IMG/VR virus record: IMGVR_UViG_2627854098_000004
DNA length: 51,192 nucleotides
Direction: 5' to 3' (one strand)
Source: a virus
Taxonomy: Duplodnaviria > Heunggongvirae > Uroviricota > Caudoviricetes
A program made the position numbers and the translations under genes. Positions 1 through 9,800 of this stretch are shown here, in pieces. The first letter of the stretch is position 1, and each line of letters opens with the position of its first letter. Below the pieces are notes generated by a model. It had not been told where the DNA came from. It did not search any database and worked only from the letters and a program-made list of their open reading frames with translations.

Positions 1-219
1 TTATGCAGCGTTCTGGCGTGAGTTTCGAATAGTCGTTTCAATCCATTCATCAATCTCACTTTCCACAAAAGCGACACACCTCGGTCCTATTTTTACCCTG
101 TCTGGAAAGTTTCCTTCCTTAATACGCTCATATAAGGTCGTACGACTGAATCCCACTCGATTTAAAACATCAGGAACGCGGATAAATCGTTTTACGCTGG
201 TTTCACTATTTTTTTTCAT
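1..219 (-). CDS. AlpA-family phage/island transcriptional regulator (DNA-binding excision-type regulator)
   Basis: ORF 1..291 on the - strand; internal ATG at 219-217 preceded by AGAGGA; helix-turn-helix-like segment RFIRVPDVLNRVGFSRTTLYERIKEGNFP typical of the AlpA family; lies outside the prophage boundary. Confidence 0.65.
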   Translation of the reverse strand: MKKNSETSVKRFIRVPDVLNRVGFSRTTLYERIKEGNFPDRVKIGPRCVAFVESEIDEWIETTIRNSRQNAA

Positions 220-435
220 TGTCTGTCCTCTTTTGTTGTACGGAATCTCTATGAGATTTCGTTTTTCTCTATGTTGTTTCGACGAGAACAATGATAGCGA
301 TTTTGCTTATGACAATTTAGGGACGTTCAAAGAAGTTTTTTTTGAAAAATTCGAAGGGGCACGGATGGAAAGATAACGGTTAACACTGGATGCGATCACG
401 TTCGCACGGAGCGAACGTAACCCTTTTTACTTGGC

Positions 436-1272
436 TTATTTTTTCTTATTCCTGTCGTCTTCTACATGCTTTTCAACAGGGGAGTCTTTCAAGTAGTTGT
501 TTTCCATCATGTAATCTTCAAGCGACTTCAGATAGCTCGCATCCGTCAGAAAAGCCATTGCTAACGGGTAATCTGTAGCCTTGAGCATTCCTTCATCACG
601 ATCGTTGTCGCTGTCCTCGTGAAGCAGCGAGGAAATCAGTGAAAGCGGGATTTTAATGCCGTTATCTTCTCCCCAGAAGATCAGGTCCATCATCGGGATA
701 AGACGATATTCAATAATTTTTCTGAACGTGCTTTTGCCAAAACGATACTCTCTTGGAACTGGAGACGTCATCTTAAGCTGCCTCTTCCATTGAGGGATCA
801 ACACTTTCAGATGTTCAATGATCTCTTCGGTTGATGCTTCTTCCAGATGAATATCGGCAGTAATACGTGAAAGATTATTAAGGGATGTCTCTTTCAGATA
901 CTCGGACAGAAATTCAGACTGGCTTAACCCAGAGAGTTCAGGCGTGGCTTCGGTTAATGCCAGCGTTTTCGCATAAAATTGCGCGTGGCTTCGTGTCGTA
1001 GGGTTTACTGCGTAGGTTCTGGCAAGCTCATGTCCAAGGGTCGCGGTATCACCACTGAAAAAGATTTCGCCTCGCAAAATTTTATAGCGGTAGTCATCCA
1101 GCAAAAGTCTGTTCAGGGTCGGTATGGTATTCCGGCTCAACAACATTCTGTAAGCCAAGATGCGCCGCTCAACCTCAACATAAAACTGCTGTAAGGTGAG
1201 TTTCTCTATCGCCTCATAGCGTTCAACATCAAACCATGCTTCCAGTGCTTTCCTGATTTCACTTCTTTTCAT
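436..1272 (-). CDS. hypothetical island-associated protein (279 aa)
   Basis: ORF 436..1329; start ATG at 1272-1270 preceded by GGAGGATGG; no motif I can assign; adjacent to the AlpA-like gene. Confidence 0.5.
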   Translation of the reverse strand: MKRSEIRKALEAWFDVERYEAIEKLTLQQFYVEVERRILAYRMLLSRNTIPTLNRLLLDDYRYKILRGEIFFSGDTATLGHELARTYAVNPTTRSHAQFYAKTLALTEATPELSGLSQSEFLSEYLKETSLNNLSRITADIHLEEASTEEIIEHLKVLIPQWKRQLKMTSPVPREYRFGKSTFRKIIEYRLIPMMDLIFWGEDNGIKIPLSLISSLLHEDSDNDRDEGMLKATDYPLAMAFLTDASYLKSLEDYMMENNYLKDSPVEKHVEDDRNKKK

Positions 1273-1550
1273 CCATCCTCCAACAATCCATTTCCTTTGA
1301 TATATCTTCACAGGATCCGTTTGGAACAATTGAAGTTCAACTGTTTTGTCATCAGAGACGGGGGAATGGCTAAGTTGTTGTTAAGAGTGTGAACTCGAGA
1401 GCATAAAAGTGGATGCCCGACGCGCGGCAAAATGGTAAAAAACAGCATCAGTAGTAAGAAAAATTGAGCGAGAGAAAGGAATTTTAATGCAGGGATTTAT
1501 GCATGACAAAATCAAAAATGCTTTGTAATTGATTGATTTTGTTGAATGAT

Positions 1551-1612
1551 TGGCGGAGAGAGGGGGATTTGAACCCCCGGTAGAGTTGCCCCTACTCCGG
1601 TTTTCGAGACCG
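1551..1612 (-). repeat. 3' 62-nt fragment of tRNA-Ser(CGA) (serU-like); candidate prophage attachment-site core, distal (attR-side) copy
   Basis: Reverse complement reads CGGTCTCGAAAACCGGAGTAGGGGCAACTCTACCGGGGGTTCAAATCCCCCTCTCTCCGCCA: anticodon loop (CGA), long variable arm, T-arm and acceptor/CCA of a class II Ser tRNA; the 5' part of the tRNA is absent (sequence diverges at 1613). Confidence 0.7.
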
Positions 1613-2470
1613 ATGATACAGAGTCGAAAAATCAAAGAGTTAAAAAATTTTCTTGGAATAAATGTCTTAAAATCGTGCACGAAAAATCAATAAATTACAT
1701 AACATTAAAGAAGAATATTCCAAGCCTTCATGAGGTCACCACCTGTTTTCTGGTGTCATTCAGACGTGATTTGCCCCAGATTGGGAAAGCAAGCTTTTTT
1801 TTCTCAGCTTATTCCGTTTTGCCTGTGTGTTGAATAATTCCACTGCAGTTATATAAAATCGGTAACGGCTAGAAATCATTCAATACTCGCACTATCGGAA
1901 GTTCACCAGTCAACCGCGGTACGTTCTTGTATACAAGGTGCCGCGGTTTCCTTAATAATTTTTAGCAGTACTGTGTGAATGATGAGCGCCCTAAATCCAT
2001 GCATGATGCGTAGTGCCTGTTGTGCATCTTTCCGCGTCTCTTTTTACTAGACCAAAACCAATGATGCTTGCAATACCATTCCCGCCAGGCTCACAGAACA
2101 AATATCCCTTATCATCGACGCATAAGCGACACTAATCAGCAAAACCTAGGATGTATTGCTCTTGCCGGCACCTCCGGGAAAAATGTTTACTGCGCAATAA
2201 ATGAAAATAGCTCATCAACGTGCCGAGAATTAGCTATGTCTTGTGAGAAAAGAAACATCAATGATGCGTACAGCCGCACGAATACTTCTTATATTTTACT
2301 GTTAAACCGATACTTTTGTATCCTAACGAATACTTGACAAGATTATCTCCATCTTGGTAGATAAACCTCAGAAGGTTTTTGACAGGTGGATTTCTGTTCA
2401 GAAGGTCAATAAAGCTCTTCTCTATCATTAGTCAAATGTACAACATGGCTGTCTAAATAACGGAGTACTC

Positions 2471-3250
2471 ATGAATTTTACGTTTACTGACTCTGGATAC
2501 ACTGAAACAAATAAAAACAATCCCCCAATCATATTCGTTCATGGATTTTTCATGAATAATGAAATGTTCAAATACCAGTTTGACGAACTAAAAGAAAAAC
2601 ATAGAGTTGTTTGCATTAATGTTCGGGGATTCGATGCTCTCTCCGAAAAAATTGAGCCATTCTCGCTCTATGACATCGTTGATGACATTTTAAACGTCGC
2701 AGACTCACTACAACTGGATAAGTTTATTTTAGGTGGAATGTCGATGGGCGGATATATATCATTACGATTTGCCCTGTCACATTCAGAACGTTTGTCAGGG
2801 CTAATCCTTATGGCAACTCAGGCAGAGCAGGATCCGCCAGAAATCGCGTCCAGTTACATGGAGTTATGTAATGGATGGCAAGACCCAATCATAAAGGAAA
2901 ATATAATCAACTCATTATTACCCGTTTTTTTCGGAAATGATATCTCTGAAGCAGAGACATGGAGACAGGTATGGCTAGGCCATAAACCTGAAAATATCAT
3001 AAAGGCCATGAATGCAATGCTGGAGCGCGACGACATTTCAGAAAGAATCCAGATAATCACAATCCCCACGCTGATTATTCATGGTGCCAACGATATGGGG
3101 ATACCATTAGAGAAAGCAATTCAAATGCACAAAATGATTGCGCATTCTAAGCTTGAAGTCATTCCCGACGCAAATCATGCTCTAAATATCACTCATGCAA
3201 AGGAAGTAAATACAGCGATAAAAAACTGGCTGCAAAACAATCATATATAA
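2471..3250 (+). CDS. alpha/beta-fold hydrolase (moron, att-proximal)
   Basis: 259-aa ORF with RBS GGAG upstream; nucleophile elbow GGMSMGG (G-x-S-x-G) and candidate acid and His residues near the C-terminus; AT-rich compared with the lambda-like genes. Confidence 0.75.
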   Translation: MNFTFTDSGYTETNKNNPPIIFVHGFFMNNEMFKYQFDELKEKHRVVCINVRGFDALSEKIEPFSLYDIVDDILNVADSLQLDKFILGGMSMGGYISLRFALSHSERLSGLILMATQAEQDPPEIASSYMELCNGWQDPIIKENIINSLLPVFFGNDISEAETWRQVWLGHKPENIIKAMNAMLERDDISERIQIITIPTLIIHGANDMGIPLEKAIQMHKMIAHSKLEVIPDANHALNITHAKEVNTAIKNWLQNNHI

Positions 3251-3287
3251 AATTAATTATAACACATATTAATTTCTTAATTATATT

Positions 3288-3313
3288 ACGCCCGTAAAAC
3301 TGTAGCGGGCGTA
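3288..3313. terminator. hairpin between convergent genes (possible bidirectional terminator)
   Basis: 8-bp stem TACGCCCG/CGGGCGTA with a 10-nt loop, in the gap between the hydrolase (+) and the membrane-protein gene (-); flanking runs are A/T-rich but not clean U-tracts. Confidence 0.35.
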
Positions 3314-3451
3314 TGTTGTCACTCTGGTAGTGCCAGCCTCTCAATATCAGGTGCAGTTGATGTATCAACACGGTTCAGCAACACCCGATACTTTTTCCAG
3401 GCTTCCAGCAACGGGGTTTCTTCCTCCGTTGCATATACAGCTCACCTTTTT

Positions 3452-3745
3452 TCACCCACGATTAACCAACAGCCAGACCAGCAGACACGCCACCACCGGC
3501 ACAGCAAAATCCATCAGGCTTGCCACATCCCAAGCACGCGGATCAAAACCGCCCCACCACGGCATATTCATTCGCTTGCCATGCCCGAACATTTCAATCC
3601 AGCGATATTCTGCCTGGGTATGTTCACGCGCAATGAAGAACGTACAACCGGCTATCGCTCCGTAAGCCCAGTTTCCGGTAAAAAGACCAACCAGTATCTG
3701 CGCAGCCACAGCACAAAGTGCATGAAGTAAGGGGCTTATATCCAT
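3452..3745 (-). CDS. small membrane protein (97 aa, two predicted hydrophobic helices)
   Basis: ORF with strong RBS AGGAGG overlapping the stop of the upstream gene; hydrophobic N- and C-terminal segments; function unknown. Confidence 0.55.
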   Translation of the reverse strand: MDISPLLHALCAVAAQILVGLFTGNWAYGAIAGCTFFIAREHTQAEYRWIEMFGHGKRMNMPWWGGFDPRAWDVASLMDFAVPVVACLLVWLLVNRG

Positions 3746-3757
3746 TATTTCCTCCTT

Positions 3758-4036
3758 TCAGCTCCATTCCCGAAGCGGTGTTTCCAGCTCCACGACATAA
3801 TCAGAGAATACAGAAACATCAAACAAGTCATCAAGAATGCGAATGTTGACAAAATAACCATCATTCCGGATACAGACAGGTTCTCCCTCTTCTGTTACCC
3901 CTGTTTCTGTGTAGGTGAAACCAATTTCATCAACTAACAGTTTATTCTGGAGGTCTTCATCTTCCGCCCAGCCAAGAGATGACAGGAAGGCCTTAAACTG
4001 CAGTTTGTCATGAAACTTCAAAGTTAAATCTTTCAT
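3758..4036 (-). CDS. hypothetical protein (92 aa) immediately downstream of the side tail fibre gene
   Basis: ORF start overlaps the stf stop by 4 nt (translational coupling); acidic protein; sits where a tail-fibre assembly gene would be but does not look like lambda Tfa. Confidence 0.5.
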   Translation of the reverse strand: MKDLTLKFHDKLQFKAFLSSLGWAEDEDLQNKLLVDEIGFTYTETGVTEEGEPVCIRNDGYFVNIRILDDLFDVSVFSDYVVELETPLREWS

Positions 4037-6096
4037 ACGACCTCTTTTAATTGCCTGTCATTTAATTCTTTATGCCATATGCGGAAATTGCGAATATGGC
4101 CAAACAGATGTCGTTCTCCAGTATTCGTCTGCCCTCCAAATCGGATATTTTTATCAGCGGTCACGCCATTATATTCACAATAAACTTCATTAACCGCTTT
4201 ACCATTTGTCACCACATGAAAGTGACCATCAGCTTTTGCAATACATCCAAATGTGGTTTTCTCTGCAAATACATCTGTCGCTGCGCTATTAACATACGAG
4301 CCTGAAGGGTTTGACAGACTCATATATAACTTACCACTACCTCTGTTGACTGCTGCAATTGCTGATTGCCCGGTATTGGCTGCTGCTATATCCCACACGC
4401 GGGGTGCGGCGTTTGGTGCAATATCCCAGTTTTTATGAATCTCAAGTAAAAAAGTAAATGGTAACTTATAAAGATTATTTCTGGTGGGGATACTAACCAA
4501 ATCACTGGCTCTTGTCGTTGCGCTGCCTCCTGAAATAATAAATGATGATACACACGGCCCATTCTCTACTTGTGGGGTGGCAAGATAAATATAGTCACCA
4601 GATACTGTTGCCCCACCCTTCTCAGGAGAATACTGTATCTGAGAGCCTATTTTTAACTCACCATCAATTGCCTGAATCGTTGCCTCTGCAAAAATCCAGC
4701 CCGTGGTCTTATCCTTCCTGACTCGTGCCGTAATTCTGCCGGCAGCACCACCTGTCATATTAATTTCAAGCGTTTGCGTATCAATGTACGCATCGCCAAG
4801 AAAAGTTGTTGCACTTCCGTCATATTTATCAAACCGGATTCGCAACCTTACCTGCAGTTCTGTTTTAAAGCGACATGAGGTTGTCACGTATTTATTATCG
4901 CCTGAGACATCAACTGACTTTGTTGCAGCAATTGATGCCATATTAATAGCCGAAGTTTGCCCAACCAGAGAATCGTTGCAGACAAACTTTCCATAAGTAA
5001 AACCAAAACTATCCGTCCCGGTTTCGGGCACATCCATGTTTGATGACTTCCCCCAGCTGGCTGGACTTTCCGAATTGAGCATGTAGTTCGTTCTTTGTCC
5101 CTCAATAAGCAGGCCATCACACTCAAATCGCGGCTCATTAATTTCCGCCGTTTTCAGTTCGCCAGATTTGTTGATATATGTTGCCGTTGATGCGCGACTG
5201 AAATTAACCTGTTTATCACTGGCGACCTGAACCACATCGTCACCAATAGCTATTTTTTTATAGCCCGGAGAAAAACCCGCAATCATATCCAGTGAATCGT
5301 TAAACGGTATCCACACATCAGGCAGCGGCGGCACTATATTCGCATAGGGCTCTGCAGTCACTTCCGCTGCGGCTTCTGCGCGGTCTGCCGCCTTTTCAGC
5401 TCGTGTCGCTGCCGACAGAGCCTCATCCTTTTTCTGCCCGGCCTTTGTTGCGTCTGCTGCAGCCTCCCGCGCTTTTGTGGTGGCGACTCCGGCATTTTCA
5501 GCGGCTGACTCTGCATTACGGCGGGAAGCCTCTTCACTGTCTGCGGAGGCTTCTTCTGACGCACGGGCATTTGTCTCTGAACGTTCTGCCGCTGTTGCTG
5601 CGTTTTGTGCGGCTGTTTTTGAAGAAGCTGCCGCTTTCGCGCTGTTACCTGCATTCGTCTCTGATGTTTTCGCCGCGTTCCTGGACGATGCCGCTGCTGT
5701 TTCTGATTTCTTTGCTGCCGCTGCGCTCTGAGAGGCGGCTTCAGCGTTGCGTGCCACATCCTCCACCATTTCCTGAAAACGGCGCAATGCCTCCGGCATG
5801 ACATCATCTTCCGTCATGGCACCGAGAAAATCATTCAGCGTCCCCGGACTGGAACCTTCATAGACGGTAATGGTCCCAACATGTGATGGCTGAGAACCCT
5901 CAATCCACAGGATGACGCTGTACTGACCATACTCAACGTCCATACTGTAACGCCCGGCTTCATCAGGATTTTCAGAGGCCACCGTGTTCACCAGTACCGT
6001 GGTGCTGTTACGCTTTGCCTTCAGTTGAATAGTGCAGTTCTGTATTGGTTTTCCCGCACCATCTTTCAGCACACCTGAGATTTTTACTGCTGCCAT
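4033..6096 (-). CDS. stf: side tail fibre protein (Stf-like; lambda-type N-terminus, Ala/Ser-rich low-complexity shaft, distinct C-terminal domain)
   Basis: ORF 4033..6102; likely start ATG 6096-6094 (MAAVKISGVLKDG, as in lambda Stf) with GGAG upstream. Confidence 0.8.
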   Translation of the reverse strand: MAAVKISGVLKDGAGKPIQNCTIQLKAKRNSTTVLVNTVASENPDEAGRYSMDVEYGQYSVILWIEGSQPSHVGTITVYEGSSPGTLNDFLGAMTEDDVMPEALRRFQEMVEDVARNAEAASQSAAAAKKSETAAASSRNAAKTSETNAGNSAKAAASSKTAAQNAATAAERSETNARASEEASADSEEASRRNAESAAENAGVATTKAREAAADATKAGQKKDEALSAATRAEKAADRAEAAAEVTAEPYANIVPPLPDVWIPFNDSLDMIAGFSPGYKKIAIGDDVVQVASDKQVNFSRASTATYINKSGELKTAEINEPRFECDGLLIEGQRTNYMLNSESPASWGKSSNMDVPETGTDSFGFTYGKFVCNDSLVGQTSAINMASIAATKSVDVSGDNKYVTTSCRFKTELQVRLRIRFDKYDGSATTFLGDAYIDTQTLEINMTGGAAGRITARVRKDKTTGWIFAEATIQAIDGELKIGSQIQYSPEKGGATVSGDYIYLATPQVENGPCVSSFIISGGSATTRASDLVSIPTRNNLYKLPFTFLLEIHKNWDIAPNAAPRVWDIAAANTGQSAIAAVNRGSGKLYMSLSNPSGSYVNSAATDVFAEKTTFGCIAKADGHFHVVTNGKAVNEVYCEYNGVTADKNIRFGGQTNTGERHLFGHIRNFRIWHKELNDRQLKEVV

Positions 6097-6105
6097 ATCC
6101 ACTCC

Positions 6106-6133
6106 ACAAAAAAGCCCGCCTGAACCGGCGGGC
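6106..6133 (-). terminator. intrinsic terminator downstream of lom
   Basis: On the - strand GCCCGCC-GGTTCA-GGCGGGC followed by TTTTTTGTGG. Confidence 0.6.
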
Positions 6134-6160
6134 TGTCATAACACTGTGTTGCCTGGTTAA

Positions 6161-6760
6161 TCAGAATTTATAACCGACACCAACGATGAAACCGTCAGTG
6201 CGCCAGTCGCCACTGCCGGAACCTTCATAAGCAATATCAATGGCCACGGATTCGGTCGGGTTAAACTGCACGCCAGCCCCCCACGCCAGAGACGTGTCGC
6301 TGTAGCGACCGTCATCACTTCCGGTCAGCACATCGTCCGTTTTCCCCTTGTTATCAGTTACGCGGAGATAATCCCCGGAGAAAGTCGACACACGGCTGTA
6401 AGCCACGCCCGCCATCGCATACGTGCTGAACCATTCATTCACGCGTACAGACGGCCCCGCCATCATGCTGAACCAGCGGTTACGCACGGAATCTTCATGC
6501 CAGCGGGTATCGCTGTAGTGCGTTTTTTGCTCATCCTCAGCATTGGCATAACTGAAGGACGTAATCAGCCCCAGCGCGTCCGTAAACTCATAACGGTATT
6601 TCACGTTAATCCCGTTCAGATTATCGCTGCCGGGAGCGTTCGTACGGGCATGAAGATACCCCGCGCTCAGTGTGGACTGATGTTCAGACGCCCATGCAGG
6701 CGCACCGGATACGGACAGACAGATGGCTGCGGACAAAATGGCTGCACATAATTTACGCAT
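6161..6760 (-). CDS. lom: Lom outer-membrane protein (Ail/Lom family)
   Basis: 199-aa ORF with signal peptide; near-identical to lambda Lom as I recall it; position between J and stf as in lambda. Confidence 0.85.
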   Translation of the reverse strand: MRKLCAAILSAAICLSVSGAPAWASEHQSTLSAGYLHARTNAPGSDNLNGINVKYRYEFTDALGLITSFSYANAEDEQKTHYSDTRWHEDSVRNRWFSMMAGPSVRVNEWFSTYAMAGVAYSRVSTFSGDYLRVTDNKGKTDDVLTGSDDGRYSDTSLAWGAGVQFNPTESVAIDIAYEGSGSGDWRTDGFIVGVGYKF

Positions 6761-6782
6761 AATTACCTCTCGCTTTTCTGCA

Positions 6783-6809
6783 ATAAAAAAGGCGCCATTT
6801 CTGGCGCCC
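6783..6809 (-). terminator. intrinsic terminator downstream of J
   Basis: On the - strand GGCGCC-AGAAAT-GGCGCC followed by TTTTTTATT, directly after the J stop at 6828. Confidence 0.65.
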
Positions 6810-6827
6810 GTATTGGGGTTATAAAAT

Positions 6828-9800
6828 TCAGCTAATCGTGATGCCTGCAGTGGCTTTCTTCATCACAACAACCAGCAAATCGCTGATACTTGCTGTGGGA
6901 TACCAGCCATTTACCCACCATGCTGATACAGAAAACTCCAGCGTCATGTCGCCGCGACCAGCAGGCATATCAATAACACCACTGTAAACCAGCGTATTAT
7001 CCATCGCGGTACGGTTATAAATTTCAGCACCGTTTTTCTTCACTATCAGGCGGCATGACGAATAAGTATCGCTGTTCTCCCGCTCATGTCTGGCACCGCT
7101 GAAAGCCACCGCCGGAATAACAATCTGCCGGTTAAACGGCTGATCGTCATAAACCCTGACGGTAATGGTTCCTGATGGCCAACGCTTCGGTGCACGGGAG
7201 TCACGAGGGAAAGCCTTACCCACTGTTTTAACGAGATCGCCTTCAATCTGGTTTGCAGACAGTTTCCCTCTGATGACACAGTTCTCGTTAATGGTGACAT
7301 TATTGAGCGTGCCGGTATTCGCCGTGATGGCTCCACTGATATCCGCATTGCGGGCTGTCAGCCTGCCATCCGGCGTCAGGGAAAACGTCGGAGGATTGCC
7401 GGATGACGTGATGCTCACCGCAAACAGTCGCTTCAGGAACACGTCGTTCATGAACAGCTGATTCCCCTGCGCCACAAACAGCGGCGTGGTGTTGCCGTTC
7501 TCCGGGGTAATCATCGCAATGCGATCGGCCTGCAGCAGAATGTTACTCAGGGTCTGACCATCAACATCCTCAATCCCCGCACCAATCCCGGCCACATAGG
7601 GAATACCGTTTTTTGTTTTCTGCACCTTCAGCATATACATGGCATTCAGCTCATTGCGCGTGTCTGACTGAACCCGCTGGATTTGCTGTATGGTCACGGC
7701 CTGGTCACCCAGCTTTTTATCCGTGGTCGAGGTAATTTCACTCCCTTTTTTATCCACGTACTGGCGGACCTGTGCTATCTGTCGGGCGTTTTCTGACTGC
7801 CCCTGGCTGACAGTCTGTGAGATTTCACTGCTCACCCGGTCCACTTTCTGGCTCACCTGCGCGATGGCCAGTGTCTGATCCTCATTCTTTTTCGCAACCA
7901 GCTGCGTGAGGCTGTTTTCCGCCTTCCCGATTTTCCGGGTCACTTCTGCGATATCCGTGTCCATCCGCTGACGGATATCTTCTTCCAGTTGCGTGACCTC
8001 CGTACGCAGCGCTGAAGCATCAATGCGCTCTTTCAGTGCCTGACCCAGAAGCGTCTCATCTATCAGCCCCCGGAAAATTTCCAGATACCCTTCACCATCA
8101 TTGCTGGGCTGCCCGCTGGCTTCCACAAAAGCAGATTTTCCCACCAGGTTGACGCTTCGCACGTAAAACCAGAAATCCGTTCCCGGCTTAATCCGGCTCC
8201 CCTGGACAGTCCACTGACTGCCGGTCCCCAGATAACGGGCAGATTTTTCCACCTGTGCTGTGTTCGTGATGCGTTTTTTCTGAGAACCAGAATTCAAACT
8301 GTACCGTCGGGTCATACACCGCAAGACGCGGGACCGCCGTTATCTGAAAATACCCCGGCGTCAGCTCAATGGTGGCGGGTTTTGCAGGTGCGTTAATCCG
8401 GAACGATACCGACGCCGGATCGCCCTGCTGTCCCCGGGCATTTACCGCCCGGACCGTCAGCGTGTAACGCCCCAGCGCCAGCTGCCTGAAGCGGTAAGTG
8501 GTTTCCGCCGTCCGGGCCGTGCTGACCAGCCGCTCACTGCCGTCATCCGCTGTTACGGTCAGACGGAGCAGGAAGCTCACGCCCTTCACCACCTTCGGCG
8601 TGTCCCAGCGCGCCAGCACCTGATATTCCCCGCTGTCTGCGGTGACTTCGGCGGTCAGGTGCTGCACCGCTGGCGGCGTGACACCATTCACCGTGCCGCT
8701 CTGGTCGCCGTCAAAGTGCGCTCCGTTATCCACGATGGCCTCTTTTTCCGGTACATGCTGCACGGCGGTGATGGCATACGTGCCGTCATCGTTCTCACGG
8801 ATACTCACGCAGCGGAACAGGCGCTGGCGCAACGTCGGCAGCTTCAGTCCCCATACGCTGTATTCTGCAACGCCGTCAGGAACACGGCTCACTTTTACCT
8901 TCACGCCGTCGGTGACGGACTGGACCTCCACGCTGACCGGATTCCCCTGTCCGTCAGCCAGGCTTATCAGCGTGGTGCCGGAGGATGGCAGCGTGATTTC
9001 ACGGTCGAGCGTCAGTGTCCGCGTCTGGTTGTTCACCGCCAGCACGCGCCCGCCGATGCTGATCCCCGCATAGTCATCATCACAGATTTCAATGACATCG
9101 CCCGGTACATGGCGAAGCCCTTCTGCACCCACGCTGAAGTCCACGGTCTGCGTTTCCAGCAGCTCCGTTTTAATCAGCCACAGCCCGGCGCGGTGTGCCT
9201 GCCCCCGGCTGGTACAGCCAAAGGCATCCATCTTCGTGACGTTACGACCGTAACGGGCAATGGCCTGCGTGTCCTCCACAAGCTCTGTCGCCGTCTCCCA
9301 GCCGTTATCCGGGTCAATCCAGTTCACCTCAACGGCATTATGGCGGTCTTTCAGGGCGCTGAAGCTGTAGCGGAACGGCGCGCCATCATCCGGCATCACC
9401 ACATTACTGCGGTTATAGGTCCACACCTTATCCGACGGTCGGTCCTGCACGAATGTCAGCGTCTGCCCGTTCCATACCGGCATACAGCGCATCGCCGAGC
9501 AAAAATCACTGAGCACATCCCACGCCTTGCGCTGTGTGGTCAGGTACGCATTACAGGTGATGCGCGGCTCCGTGCCGCCAAAGCCGTCCGGCACTGACTG
9601 GTCGCAATTCTGGCCGATGACATACAGCGCCCATTTATCCACATCTGCCGCACCAAGACGTTTCCCCATGCCGTAGCGCGGATGGGTCAGCATATCCCAC
9701 AGACACCAGGCCATGTTGTTGCTGTATGCTGGCTTAAACGTTCCGTCCCAGATACCGCTGTATTGCCGCGTCTGCGGGTTATAGTTCGACGGCACCTGCA

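Noticed and set aside
1-1272. Treating the AlpA-like regulator and neighbour as part of this prophage
   Set aside because: They lie outside the tRNA-derived att repeat and face away from it; more likely a remnant of a separate integrative island.
1381-1680. 99-aa ORF overlapping the tRNA-Ser fragment
   Set aside because: It runs antisense through the tRNA-derived att core and the AT-rich junction; no RBS; explained by the att site.
2068-2337. 89-aa ORF in the AT-rich region upstream of the hydrolase
   Set aside because: No RBS, implausible composition, and it lies in what looks like promoter/regulatory DNA.
5358-5807. ORFs on both strands (149, 132 and 84 aa) inside the stf gene
   Set aside because: They lie within the Ala/Ser/Thr-rich low-complexity shaft region of the tail fibre, where any frame is open; no RBS; explained by the GC-rich repetitive coding sequence of stf.
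8659-9597. 312-aa ORF antisense to J (and similar antisense ORFs inside A, B, C and H)
   Set aside because: They overlap well-supported lambda-like structural genes on the opposite strand, have no start context, and are typical spurious antisense ORFs in GC-rich coding DNA.
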